DNA of 64,000 bases from NCBI GenBank assembly GCA_965601925.1, contig OZ271854.1:2272001-2336000 (forward strand), read 5' to 3'. Position 1 is the first letter of the stretch, and each line of letters starts with the position of its first letter. Of this stretch, positions 9,853 through 19,806 are shown piece by piece. This DNA comes from Alkalispirochaeta sp. (GTDB lineage Bacteria; Spirochaetota; Spirochaetia; DSM-27196; Alkalispirochaetaceae). The notes under the pieces were generated by a model. It was not told where the DNA came from, searched no databases, and was given only the letters and a program-made list of their open reading frames with translations. The position numbers and the translations under genes are program-made.

Positions 9853-10860
9853 TTATGACGAACGTTCCGAAACCGGTTTCGGCGGCGTCACCTCGACTCC
9901 GACGACCGGATGCGGCTCGTACGGCTCGGCAATGTGTCGTATTTCCTCCGGGGTCAGGGTTACATCCACGGCGGCGCACGCTTCCTCTAAGTGGTGTAGC
10001 TTGGTTGCTCCGACGATCGGAGACGTGACCCCCTCTTGATGGAGGAGCCACGCGAGGCCGATCTGGGCTTGCGACACACCGTTGCGACCGGCGATCTCCT
10101 GGACCCGTTCGACGACGAGGCGGTCGGTCGGGTGACCGTAGAAGCCAGCGGCCAGAGTGTCGGTCCGCGCGCGCGTGCTGTCGCCGCCCTGGGGCGGCCG
10201 TGCGACGGTGCCGCGGGCCAACGGGCTCCACGGGATGACGCCCACTCCCTCGGCGCGACAAAGAGGAAGCATCTCGCGCTCCTCCTCGCGATAGATCGCA
10301 TTGTAGTGATTCTGCATGGAGATAAAGCGCGTCGTACCGAGCTCGCGGGCGAGGCTCTGGAGGCGGGCAAACTGCCACGCGTACATGCTGGATGCACCGA
10401 TATAGCGCGCCCGTCCCGAGCGCACGATGTCTTCCAATGCGCGCAACATCTCTTCGTCGGGAGTCTCGGGATCGTAACGATGGATCTGATAGAGATCGAT
10501 GTAGTCGGTACCGAGGCGCCGAAGGCTATCGTCGACCGCGCTCAGTATGTGCTTGCGCGAGAGTCCTTTTCGGTAAGGGCCGTCTCCCATAGGGAAGTAA
10601 ACCTTCGTCGCAATCACGACCTCATCGCGGACGGCAAAATCGCGCAATGCACGGCCGGTAACCTCTTCGCTCGCGCCCAATGAATACATATCGGCGGTAT
10701 CGAAAAAGGTGATGCCCAGCTCAACCGCGCGCTTAAAGAAGGGGCGGGCGTCCTTCTCGGACAGCACCCATTCGCGCCATTGCGGCGTGCCGTAGGTCAT
10801 CGTTCCCAGGCAGATCCGACTTACCACAAGGCCACTCGATCCGAGGCGTACGTATTGCAT
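9853..10860 (-). CDS. Aldo/keto reductase
   Basis: MQYVRLGSSGLVVSRICLGTMTYG, FFDTADMYS, DYIDLYQIHR, PWSPLARG; start at 10860, 7 nt after a TATAAT. Confidence 0.95.
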   Translation of the reverse strand: MQYVRLGSSGLVVSRICLGTMTYGTPQWREWVLSEKDARPFFKRAVELGITFFDTADMYSLGASEEVTGRALRDFAVRDEVVIATKVYFPMGDGPYRKGLSRKHILSAVDDSLRRLGTDYIDLYQIHRYDPETPDEEMLRALEDIVRSGRARYIGASSMYAWQFARLQSLARELGTTRFISMQNHYNAIYREEEREMLPLCRAEGVGVIPWSPLARGTVARPPQGGDSTRARTDTLAAGFYGHPTDRLVVERVQEIAGRNGVSQAQIGLAWLLHQEGVTSPIVGATKLHHLEEACAAVDVTLTPEEIRHIAEPYEPHPVVGVEVTPPKPVSERSS

Positions 10861-10937
10861 AATGAGCATTATAGCGTCCACGTCCGCCGTGTGTCAGGAC
10901 GATGGGCCGGCCTATACGCGTACGTGCGCCCCGCGAA

Positions 10938-12359
10938 TCACGCCAGAGCCGGGCCGTCTTGGGGACCGCGGCGACTGACCATGATGACGGTCATGTCGTC
11001 GGACTGGCCGTGTTGATAGCGATCGATCTCTTCCTGGAGTTTGCGCAAGCCCGCCTCGGCGCCCCAGGGAGCAAAGCGGGCAAACGCTTGCGTGAGACGT
11101 TCCTGACCGTAGAGCTCGCCGGTGGGAGACTCCGCCTCGGTCACACCGTCGGAAAAGAGAAGCACGCAATCGCCCCCGGCGATCGGTATATCGATACCGT
11201 CTACGAAACCGTCGAGGTCGTCGGCGATACCCAACCAGCTGCCCTTTGTCGCGATCGTTTCGACGCGTCGGGCGACGCGTCGATAGACCAAGACGTCCTG
11301 GTGGTGTCCGGCCACGGTAATGTGATCGTCGCCGAGTTGCATAACGATCATCGTCATGTAGTGGTTGGAGCCGAGGCGCCCCACATTCTCCCGCAACACC
11401 GAGTTGACCGTCTTGAGTACATCGCCCGGTGCACACTCGTCGTGGCCGCGGACGACCGTCGAAACGGCCGTTTGCGCCATCATCATTATCAGGCCCGAAT
11501 CGAGGCCGTGGCCGGCGACATCGCCGATGGTGATGTATCGATCGCCGCCGGTCGTTTCGATGATATCGTAATAGTCACCGCCGACCTCTCGCGCCGGTGA
11601 GAATGCGACCGCGACGTCATAGCCGGTAATCGCCAATCGACGCGGCAATAGGGTCGTTTGGACGCGCTTTGCAAGTTCCATCTCGCTCCACAACGCGTCT
11701 CGCGCTTGCTTCAACTGGACGAGTAACGAAAACTCGGTCTGAATAAGACGAAATCGGACGTGGTTGATCGCCACCGATATCACCGAGGTGCCGACGAGAA
11801 AAAAGAGATTGTTGGCCGCCGCGACTCCGCTGCTGCTGTCGGTCAGAAGAAGGTTGAACCCCACATACATGAGCAGGATGATGATGCAGTTGGCCGCAGT
11901 ATGCGTAGCCCGCCACGGCATGAGGAGGTTCACCCCGATGATGACCATGATGAGTCCCGGATAGTAGCTCGACTCGAATCCGCCCAAATGCACGATCATC
12001 GCCGCAATGATGCCGCCTACCTGGAGCGAGACGAAGTATCCGTGCAGAAATGAGAGTCGGGACGGCTTTGTGTTTCGCACAACGAGGTGCTGCGCGAGAG
12101 CCAACAACGTCGATACGGCGCGATATATCGCGAACAGCACCAATACATCCCGAGGGATGATGAAGATATCGAGAACGAAAAAGAGCGGTACCAGGACGAA
12201 TGTCAGGGCCGTTATCGCACGCAGCCACGAGTGAATGATGCCGTGCTGATACGCCGAGAAGTCGTTTCGATCGATCGCGTCGGTCGTCAAGCCGTTGGGA
12301 TCTTTGTGTCGGAACATACCGAGCGAGTGGTCTATCGGTTCTCTCGTCGCATCAGCCAT
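10938..12359 (-). CDS. Membrane sensor (about 6 TM) fused to a PP2C/SpoIIE Ser phosphatase (SiaA/RsbU-like)
   Basis: Hydrophobic N-half with GGFESSYYPGL; EMELAKRVQTTLLP, VGGDYYD, IGDVAGHG, FSDGVTE, SDDMTV. Confidence 0.92.
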   Translation of the reverse strand: MADATREPIDHSLGMFRHKDPNGLTTDAIDRNDFSAYQHGIIHSWLRAITALTFVLVPLFFVLDIFIIPRDVLVLFAIYRAVSTLLALAQHLVVRNTKPSRLSFLHGYFVSLQVGGIIAAMIVHLGGFESSYYPGLIMVIIGVNLLMPWRATHTAANCIIILLMYVGFNLLLTDSSSGVAAANNLFFLVGTSVISVAINHVRFRLIQTEFSLLVQLKQARDALWSEMELAKRVQTTLLPRRLAITGYDVAVAFSPAREVGGDYYDIIETTGGDRYITIGDVAGHGLDSGLIMMMAQTAVSTVVRGHDECAPGDVLKTVNSVLRENVGRLGSNHYMTMIVMQLGDDHITVAGHHQDVLVYRRVARRVETIATKGSWLGIADDLDGFVDGIDIPIAGGDCVLLFSDGVTEAESPTGELYGQERLTQAFARFAPWGAEAGLRKLQEEIDRYQHGQSDDMTVIMVSRRGPQDGPALA

Positions 12360-13767
12360 CTTCGACAGCCGGCTTTCTTACTTGCAAAAAGAGCTGGATC
12401 CCCGTTGCGTCGCTTCGTACGGTCGTCTCCGCTCCGTCGATGTCGGCTGCGAGCTCCAGCATCTCCTCCTCGGTCCGGTAGATAAGCATCCAGTCCATCC
12501 AGTAGGCCATATAGATCATTGTCGGATGTTCCGCCAAAAAGTTTCCGATAATCATCGTGCCGCCGGGCAAAAGAAGGCTGTAGAGCTTTTTTATTACCGC
12601 CGAGGCAACCGGCTTGGTTAGATAATCGAACAATCCCATCGAATAGATAAAATCGAACCGACCCCAGCGCACCTGAAGCTCGCGGGTTACCAACATCGTA
12701 CGCACCGACTCCCGAATGAAATCGGCCGGCAGCGTCGCGCCGAGGCGCTCGGATATCCGCTCGATAACGCCCGCCGCCTCCGACAGCGCATCGCGATCCT
12801 GGTCCAATAGTGAGTAGTGGAGCGCCGCGCAGTCCTCTTTGGTGCGAAGGATTTCGTTGAGTTCCATCGCCGGACCGCACGCTACCGATAGGACCTTTAC
12901 CGGCCGCTCATCGATCGGTACGCGCGCGCTCCGCTCCCGCACGAAGGCGCGCAGTATCTCGGCCAGGTCGACTCGACGGTTGCGCACCGCCTGTGCCGCC
13001 AGCTGTCGTACTGCGTGTTTGTGGACGATCTTTCCGAAGGTCGTTTCTCCTTCGTAGTCGTTGTCGTAGATCATCCTCATCATCTCCGAGTCGCCGATGT
13101 ACCCTCTCGGCTTGAGATTCGTGCGCGCCATAATGTTGGAGCAGAGAATGATGTTCCACATTTGCTTGCGGAAGTAGAATCCGTGGTGGCCGTGTTGCTC
13201 CTCGCTGAAGCCGGCCGTGATTTCTCGAAGGCGCTCGTAGCTCCCGTCCAGGTAGTCCAAAAGGCGTCCACCCAGAGCCTGCACTATGCCTTTCTGGAGC
13301 GTGTCGCGGACCTCACGCGGTTCGTCCTGGATCCGGTCGTCTATCTCGTCGAACATCGCCCGATAGGCGTTGAGATCGTAGGTGAGCGCGGAGACGAACT
13401 CCACGAACTGCGGTTCGATGCGGCGCTTGTAGCTGAGAATGAGCGGAAGGTTGACCGCCGCGGACTCCAGGACTTCCGGTTTTGCTTTGAACAGGAGTTT
13501 TTCGAAGTTGTACATCGACTCCAACGGTACGACGCGGAACTCGCTCGCCTCCTCCTCGTTTTGCGCGCTGAGGACGCAGGGGCCGGTCTCTACCAGTTTG
13601 CCGTCGATCTGGAGCGAAAGCTTGCTATAGGTTGTTTGGCCCGAGTCGGCGCCGCCGTCCTCAAATCGTAGCCAGAGCGAATAGCGTGATGCGTGGCGGA
13701 CGCGTACCGGTATGGTATGGTCGCCGGCGGTAAGACTGCCTTCGAAATAGAGATCCGCGGCGCTCAT
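12352..13767 (-). CDS. Class I SAM-dependent methyltransferase, PhcB-like
   Basis: 471 aa; KPRGYIGDSEMM, AQAVRNR, VLSVACGPAME, LLDQD, FDFIYSMGLFDYL, W-x-LIYRTEEEM. Methyltransferase call is firm; the PhcB likeness is by recognition only. Confidence 0.8.
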   Translation of the reverse strand: MSAADLYFEGSLTAGDHTIPVRVRHASRYSLWLRFEDGGADSGQTTYSKLSLQIDGKLVETGPCVLSAQNEEEASEFRVVPLESMYNFEKLLFKAKPEVLESAAVNLPLILSYKRRIEPQFVEFVSALTYDLNAYRAMFDEIDDRIQDEPREVRDTLQKGIVQALGGRLLDYLDGSYERLREITAGFSEEQHGHHGFYFRKQMWNIILCSNIMARTNLKPRGYIGDSEMMRMIYDNDYEGETTFGKIVHKHAVRQLAAQAVRNRRVDLAEILRAFVRERSARVPIDERPVKVLSVACGPAMELNEILRTKEDCAALHYSLLDQDRDALSEAAGVIERISERLGATLPADFIRESVRTMLVTRELQVRWGRFDFIYSMGLFDYLTKPVASAVIKKLYSLLLPGGTMIIGNFLAEHPTMIYMAYWMDWMLIYRTEEEMLELAADIDGAETTVRSDATGIQLFLQVRKPAVEDG

Positions 13768-13770
13768 TGC

Positions 13771-14145
13771 CTACTCTTTTCCGACTACCGATACCCGGCC
13801 GTCACCGGTAGCGAAAATGGTGAGGGCTACGAACGAGACCGACTGCCACTTTTGCGCGGCGTCGTACAATACCGTGATCCGCGATTGGCCGAGGCGCGCC
13901 TTCTCCAATGTTTTTACCAACGGCGTATACGTCGACGAGTTCATGTACGTGAGACCGCTGAAATCGAGTACGAGCCGTTTGCCCTCCTCATCGGCCTCGT
14001 CCAGCACCTGAATGAGAATCGGCTGCAGAAACTCAGCCGGGTCGCGTAAAATACTCTTCCCTTCGAATACCAATACCAAGTCGTCTGTTATCTCTTCACG
14101 TCTGATCGTCAATGGACCGTCTTGTACACCTTCGAACTGACTCAT
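13771..14145 (-). CDS. SiaC/STAS-like small phosphoacceptor protein
   Basis: 124 aa; LVFEGKS...LVLDFSGLTYMNSST resembles SiaC YLNTSS and STAS (Y/F)xDSS phospho-motifs. Confidence 0.8.
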   Translation of the reverse strand: MSQFEGVQDGPLTIRREEITDDLVLVFEGKSILRDPAEFLQPILIQVLDEADEEGKRLVLDFSGLTYMNSSTYTPLVKTLEKARLGQSRITVLYDAAQKWQSVSFVALTIFATGDGRVSVVGKE

Positions 14146-14161
14146 GAAACTCCTCCCCGAG

Positions 14162-14656
14162 TTACCGCGAAAACTTCGCTACAGCTGATACACGTATCGT
14201 GTTGTCTTCGTCGACGATGAAGTCGATAGCGGCTCTGGCTTCATATGCGATGCGAACGATCCCCAAACCGCTCATCCCTTGACTGGTCGGCTCCCGCGAT
14301 ATCTCTTTGACGCGCTCGACATACGCTTGAAACGGATCTTGAAATCCCCGAATCCACTGAAGCGTCCGGTCCAACTGACGCAGGTGAAAGCGCGTCTCGT
14401 CGCCGATACGGTTTTTAACCTCCACGGTTATCGAAAAACCGACGATCGACAGCATAAGCTCAACCTCGGCACGACTCATGTTCCTGTAGTCGCCGTATTT
14501 GATTCCATTTTCAACGAGCTCACACGCCACCATGGTGTAGGTGTCTACCTCATGATCGGGCATGTATATCGACTCGAGAAACTCGTGAATTTCCTCGTTT
14601 ACCCGCACCATCTCGTTCCAATCGGGTTTTACGCTGATGTGAAACTCTTCACTCAT
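14162..14656 (-). CDS. GHKL-fold Ser/Thr kinase (SiaB/anti-sigma-like)
   Basis: SD GGAG before ATG 14656; N box ELVENGIKYG, G box SGLGIVRI; no HisKA domain. Confidence 0.82.
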   Translation of the reverse strand: MSEEFHISVKPDWNEMVRVNEEIHEFLESIYMPDHEVDTYTMVACELVENGIKYGDYRNMSRAEVELMLSIVGFSITVEVKNRIGDETRFHLRQLDRTLQWIRGFQDPFQAYVERVKEISREPTSQGMSGLGIVRIAYEARAAIDFIVDEDNTIRVSAVAKFSR

Positions 14657-14690
14657 CGTGCACTCCAATTTCGGCAATCGTACACCATCG

Positions 14691-16742
14691 TTACAACAAT
14701 TCCCCTCGCAATGGTCGTCTCGCAATCGTATCACAACCGCTCTTCAGTATTCTCCCGACATGCTCTTTTTCCATGGGAGGACTGCAAAGATAGCCCTGTA
14801 TCTCCTGACACCCTTTGTCCGCGAGAAAGTTCAACTGCTCGATGGTCTCGACGCCCTCCGCGATGACGCCGCAGCCCAAGCTCTTTGCCAGCGAGATGAT
14901 GGCGGTCACGATCTGCGTGGCGCTCGGGTCCTCCGGGAGATCACGGACAAAGGTTCGATCGATCTTTAGACGGTGAACGGGAAACAACTTAATGTACATG
15001 AGGGACGCGTAACGCGTGCCGAAGTCGTCCACGGCAAGGAACACTCCCATGTCCGCCAGGTCGTTCAGCGTGGGAAGCACTTCGCTGGCGTCGTCGATAA
15101 ACACCGTTTCGGTCAGCTCGATCTCAAGGCACTCGGCGGGAAAACCGGTCTCGTTCAAGATTCGCGCTACCGTATCGGAGAAATCGCGATGACGGAGCTG
15201 GCGTACCGAGGCGTTTACGCCCACTCTGATCGGCGTTCCGTGCTCGTCGGCCCACCGTCGTCCCTGTCGGCACGCCTCGAAGAGTACTCGTTCGCCGAGC
15301 TCGTGAATGAGACCGAAATTTTCGGCGACCGGTATGAACTGACTCGGAGGGACCGCGCCGAACGTCGGGTCGCTCCATCGCGCGAGCGCCTCCACGCCGA
15401 CGACCGCTCCGGAGGTCGTGTCCACCTGCGGTTGGTATTGAACGTATAGCGAACCGTCGGAGATGGCGCGGCGCAGACCGTTTTGGATGCGTAGATTTTG
15501 CGCCGTATCGGCGCGAACCGCGTCGGAGAAAAAGTGAAAATCGTTCTTACCCTGCCGTTTTATGCGGTACATGGCACTATCGGCCTTACGGAGTAGCGGC
15601 TCGACTTCCGTTTGATTGGCCGGGTAGAGAACGATACCGATGCTGGCCGTCGCATGCACCTCTTGTCCCTCTATCTCGATCGGCTTGGATACTGCGTCCA
15701 GGACCTTTCGAGCTACGATCGCCGCGGTGTCGGTCGTTGCTACGTCGCGGGCCAAAATGACGAACTCGTCTCCGCCGTAACGCGCCACCGCGTCGCTCGT
15801 ACGTACCGTCTCGGCCATTTGCCGCGAGACGTGTTGGAGTATCCTGTCGCCGGCGCGGTGACCGAACGCGTCGTTGAGCGCCTTAAATTCATCCAAGTCG
15901 ACCACCATGATCGCGAATCCCTCACCCGTTCTCCTGGCGTTGGTGATTGCGTTGTGTACGTAGTCTTCGAAGAGATAGCGGTTGGGGAGCCCCGTCAGCC
16001 CGTCGTAATGCGCCATGCGACGCAGCTGTTCTTCCGCCTCTTTGCGAAAGCTGATATCGGTAACGAAGGTAAGATAGTGCGTGACCGCCCGGCTCTCGAA
16101 CCGCACCGCCGTTATAAGAATACGAACCGCGATCTGAGCCCCGCCCTTAGTGCGATCCCACACTTCGCCCTGCCAGCTCCCACCGTCGGCCAATGCCTCG
16201 GTAATCTCGGCAAATAACGCCGTATCGCGCTTTGCCGCGATGAGAAAGCTGGGCCACTCTCCGAGAGCGTCGACCTCGGTGTATCCGGTCAGACGCGTGT
16301 AGGCGGGGTTGATATCTATCGTACGAAACTCTTCGTCGGTGACGACGATCGCCTCGTGGGCTTGGGCGTAAATGTGCGCCTTTATGAGGCGATCTTTCTC
16401 TACCTGGCGGCGAGAGGTGATATCGGCGCCGAATACGTACGCAGCCGTCCTCGCTCCGTCGGGGACGAAAAGGAGGCGTACCGATACCGGTCCGGCGGCG
16501 AGGATGCGCTCCTCGGTGCGCGCCGTCTCGCAGGCGGTACGTACGGTGATCGCCCACGGCTCCGGGATGCGGGAACCCACGGTGGCCTGCCACTGTTGGA
16601 GAACCAGCCAGCTCCCCGGATTGGCGTAGACGATCTCTCCGACGCACGATATGACGAGTACCGGGGCCGGGTTCGTCTCCGAGGCTTTCGCGAACGCGTC
16701 AAGTGTAGCTACGTCATAGTGTGTCGAATCTTTATCTGTCAC
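14691..16742 (-). CDS. PAS-PAS-GGDEF-EAL diguanylate cyclase/phosphodiesterase
   Basis: INPAYTRLTGY PAS; DGLTGLPNR, RTSD I-site, RYGGDEF; YQPQ, VEALARW, DDFGT, LKIDR, AEGVE. Confidence 0.96.
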   Translation of the reverse strand: MTDKDSTHYDVATLDAFAKASETNPAPVLVISCVGEIVYANPGSWLVLQQWQATVGSRIPEPWAITVRTACETARTEERILAAGPVSVRLLFVPDGARTAAYVFGADITSRRQVEKDRLIKAHIYAQAHEAIVVTDEEFRTIDINPAYTRLTGYTEVDALGEWPSFLIAAKRDTALFAEITEALADGGSWQGEVWDRTKGGAQIAVRILITAVRFESRAVTHYLTFVTDISFRKEAEEQLRRMAHYDGLTGLPNRYLFEDYVHNAITNARRTGEGFAIMVVDLDEFKALNDAFGHRAGDRILQHVSRQMAETVRTSDAVARYGGDEFVILARDVATTDTAAIVARKVLDAVSKPIEIEGQEVHATASIGIVLYPANQTEVEPLLRKADSAMYRIKRQGKNDFHFFSDAVRADTAQNLRIQNGLRRAISDGSLYVQYQPQVDTTSGAVVGVEALARWSDPTFGAVPPSQFIPVAENFGLIHELGERVLFEACRQGRRWADEHGTPIRVGVNASVRQLRHRDFSDTVARILNETGFPAECLEIELTETVFIDDASEVLPTLNDLADMGVFLAVDDFGTRYASLMYIKLFPVHRLKIDRTFVRDLPEDPSATQIVTAIISLAKSLGCGVIAEGVETIEQLNFLADKGCQEIQGYLCSPPMEKEHVGRILKSGCDTIARRPLRGELL

Positions 16743-16866
16743 AACGTCCCGAGACTCTTATGATGTGGCACCATCATAGTCTCTACTCGTTGCGCCTGAC
16801 AATATTCGCGTACCGATTGTTGTCGGAGTGCCGACGGCCCTCCGACAGATGCATGCGGGGTGAGGG

Positions 16867-17328
16867 TTATCTCGTTGCGGTAGGCCACTCGGCGTCGGCG
16901 CGTTCGATGAACCCCTCCAAATCTCCCAGAAAGCGTCGATTGATGCGCTGTGAGAAGTTGAGAAACAGTCTCCCGTCGTGAATGACCCACGCCTCGGGGT
17001 CGATGCGGGCAAAGCTGCCGCTTGCCATAGCATATGCGCACCATCCGCCGTATTCCGGGAGATACTCATCGGGTGACGCAACGAACAGATCGCGATGTTC
17101 GGTGGTCGAGAACTGATATGTCGCTCCGTGGTGCTCCGCGGTGATTGCAGGATCGCCCTCGACCGCCTCCCCGACGGTGAAATACGCCACCGGATCGTAG
17201 CCGTGGATAGCTACGCCGCGCCGGTTTACATTTGTCTCCCGCGAGGTTTGCGCCATCGTATGGAAGGCGAATATCAGCGCAAAGACGACGACAAATCCGA
17301 GAAATACTAAACGGCCTGCATTGTTCAT
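16867..17328 (-). CDS. Secreted YHS-domain protein
   Basis: SD AAGGAGG; signal peptide; AIHGYDPVAYF, PEYGGWCAYAM, IDPEAW, GRLFLN. Confidence 0.9.
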   Translation of the reverse strand: MNNAGRLVFLGFVVVFALIFAFHTMAQTSRETNVNRRGVAIHGYDPVAYFTVGEAVEGDPAITAEHHGATYQFSTTEHRDLFVASPDEYLPEYGGWCAYAMASGSFARIDPEAWVIHDGRLFLNFSQRINRRFLGDLEGFIERADAEWPTATR

Positions 17329-17431
17329 AGTGTCCTCCTTGGGCAGCACGCGTTGCGTCGTGTCTGCCGAATCGGTTCCCCGATACTCGGGGTGGTCAAC
17401 ATCAATGTACTGCGATATAGTTGCATCTACA

Positions 17432-18310
17432 ATGAGGACCGGAGCTTTTTTGCCCGCGACGGTGAGTTCGGATGGGCGCGACGAGATCAGATTTGCGGAC
17501 GTGATCTCGGAGCAGGCTCCCCGCGTCGCTCGACGCCTCGGACGGTTCGGCTTGTGGCTCGTCGGCGTCGCGATCGGCCAACGCCCGTTCGGAAGAGCCC
17601 TCAAGCACGTACGAGGGGCGACCCCGCAGGCGTTCCTCAACGCCGCCGTCGCGAGGCTCGACTTACGCATCGACGTCCGCGGCGCCGACCTACTACCCGA
17701 CTCTCCCGAGATTATCGTCGTTGCGAACCATCCCACCGGCGGTGCCGAAGGTATTGCGCTGCTCCAACTGCTCCTGAACCGCTACGGTTCGGTGATCGTG
17801 CCGGCGAATCGCGTCCTCTGTCGTTTGTCGGCGTTGAGCCCGATCATTGCGCCGGTGAACGTATTCGGTACGGAACCTTCCAAGACGCGCGTACCGGAGG
17901 CGCTCGTCCCGCCCGGAACGCCGTTACTGCTCTTTCCCGCCGGGCGTACCGCTCGCGAGCGCGGCGGCGTCATGCACGAGTTTCCTTGGAAACGCGGGTT
18001 CATTCGAGTCGCCCGCCGTTCCGGGCGATTGATCGTTCCGGTATGCGTCGTGGCCCGTTCGTCGCGACTCTTTCGTACGATCGCCGCGGTTCGGCGGCTC
18101 TTGCATTGCCCGATCAATATCGAGATGTTCTTACTGGTCCGCGAAGTGCTCCTGCGACGCAGGCGCATAACGCTCGTAATCGAACGCCCGATAACGAGCG
18201 ACGATTTCGACCACGAGCTCACCGACGCGGCGCGCGCGGAACACATACAAAAGATGGTAGAGGTGACATATGGGAAATACCGAAAACGCGACCCGGCATC
18301 CGCCGGTTGA
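17432..18310 (+). CDS. PlsC-family acyltransferase (OlsA/GlsA-like half of an amino-lipid synthase)
   Basis: VVANHPTGGAEG, LLLFPAG, WKRGF, IEMFLLVRE; start position uncertain. Confidence 0.85.
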   Translation: MRTGAFLPATVSSDGRDEIRFADVISEQAPRVARRLGRFGLWLVGVAIGQRPFGRALKHVRGATPQAFLNAAVARLDLRIDVRGADLLPDSPEIIVVANHPTGGAEGIALLQLLLNRYGSVIVPANRVLCRLSALSPIIAPVNVFGTEPSKTRVPEALVPPGTPLLLFPAGRTARERGGVMHEFPWKRGFIRVARRSGRLIVPVCVVARSSRLFRTIAAVRRLLHCPINIEMFLLVREVLLRRRRITLVIERPITSDDFDHELTDAARAEHIQKMVEVTYGKYRKRDPASAG

Positions 18311-19220
18311 GTTGGCTCCCGCCGTCGACCCTGCGGCATTGGCTGCGGAGATTGCGTCCTGCGAGCGAATCGCCGTGGTCGGTCGACTTGAGGTGTACGA
18401 TTTTGAGGGCGATTCCGCACCGGCGATGATGCGCGAGATCGGGCGTATCCGAGAGCGGGAGTATCGAGCGATCGGTGCGGGTCGGGGCGGACAGATCGAT
18501 GTGGACTCGTACGATACGGCACCCCATCGCTACCGGCAGATCGTCGTGTGGGATCCACAACATCGCCAACTCGTCGCGATGTATCGTTACGCCCGTACCC
18601 GCGAGGTGTTGGAGACGCTCGGCCTCACGGGACTCCGAACCCACACGATGTTTTCTTTCAGCAAGACGTTTGAACTGGGGGTTCTCTCGTCGGCGGTTGA
18701 GCTCGGCCGCTCGGTCGTCAACAGCGAAGCGTCGGCCGCCATCAGAGGGTTGCACGCCGTGTGGTTCGGGCTGGCATCGATCGTGGAGCGCAATCCGTCG
18801 ATCGCGTTTTACTTCGGGAACGTGACAATCCCCGCCACGATGCCGCCGGAGGCGATCGGCCACATTTTGGCAATGCTGCGCGCCGCATGCGCGCCCGGCG
18901 ACGGCCTTGCAATCCACGACGTCGCGGCGCGAGGGAGCGTCGCCCAACCGTCGCTACCGGTCGACGCGGACGGGTACATTCTCGGTGACCATCGCGGTGC
19001 ACTCGCGACCCTTCGGGAACGCCTTGCACCGCATGGGGTCGCACCACCTCCGATCCTCATGTCCTATCTGAAACGAAGCACGCGACTATGGGCCTTCGAG
19101 AGTGCTCGCGACGACGACTTTGGAGGCGCATGGGAGACGGCTATCGTAATGCCCGTAGCGACCATTACCGATGAAGCGAGACGTTTGTTTTTTGGGGACA
19201 AGAAGGGAGCAACGATATGA
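18270..19220 (+). CDS. GNAT N-acyltransferase (Acetyltransf_5; OlsB/GlsB-like)
   Basis: MREIGRIREREYRAIGAGRG..DVDSYD, QIVVWD, VELGRSVV, YFGNVT, PPILMSY, DDDFGG..ET. Confidence 0.88.
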   Translation: MGNTENATRHPPVELAPAVDPAALAAEIASCERIAVVGRLEVYDFEGDSAPAMMREIGRIREREYRAIGAGRGGQIDVDSYDTAPHRYRQIVVWDPQHRQLVAMYRYARTREVLETLGLTGLRTHTMFSFSKTFELGVLSSAVELGRSVVNSEASAAIRGLHAVWFGLASIVERNPSIAFYFGNVTIPATMPPEAIGHILAMLRAACAPGDGLAIHDVAARGSVAQPSLPVDADGYILGDHRGALATLRERLAPHGVAPPPILMSYLKRSTRLWAFESARDDDFGGAWETAIVMPVATITDEARRLFFGDKKGATI

Positions 19221-19693
19221 GTGATACGACATACTACGACGGTTTTGCCGAACGATGGACGAAGGCCACCGATGTATTGGCTGAAGAGCACGGTGTCGAC
19301 TCGGTGCTCATCATGAAATCGACTCCCACGCACATGGTGACCGCAGCGAGCGGCGGTGCGGCCCGGCACACCTACGTTCCCGGTGGCGCAGGGCCCAAGA
19401 GCGTCGTGCCGGGACACCATAAGCTCTATTGCGAGCAGGTAATCGACACCGATCGAGTGCTCCACGTGCCCGACGCGGCCGCGGACCCCGAATGGCGCGG
19501 AAACGAAGACTTGGTCAAGTTCGGCTTCGGATTCTATTTGGGAGTTCCGGTACACGATAAGAATGGGACGCCGATCGGCACGGTGTGCGCCTTGCACCCG
19601 TCGTCTCCCGGCGACGATGACGCGTTGGAGAGGCTGCGCGCGTCCCTGTCACGGTTGGCCCGTGAGGTGGAGACCGACATCGACCGACAATAA
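19217..19693 (+). CDS. Stand-alone GAF domain protein
   Basis: LYCEQVI..LHVPDAAADPEW..N.D..FYLGVPV...GTPIGTVCAL; ATGA overlap with the upstream gene. Confidence 0.88.
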   Translation: MSDTTYYDGFAERWTKATDVLAEEHGVDSVLIMKSTPTHMVTAASGGAARHTYVPGGAGPKSVVPGHHKLYCEQVIDTDRVLHVPDAAADPEWRGNEDLVKFGFGFYLGVPVHDKNGTPIGTVCALHPSSPGDDDALERLRASLSRLAREVETDIDRQ

Positions 19694-19806
19694 CGGATCA
19701 AGCGGCCGGTGGGGTCGTGTCGACCGCGTCGTGCGATAGAGCGCGACGTGTCGGTCAAGCGTGCCTACCGTATTGCCTATCTTCGAATGAGCCGTACACT
19801 GTCGGT

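Noticed and set aside
16867..17328. YHS protein as a selenoprotein
   Set aside because: The motif position is Cys (GGWCAYA) and there is no in-frame TGA.
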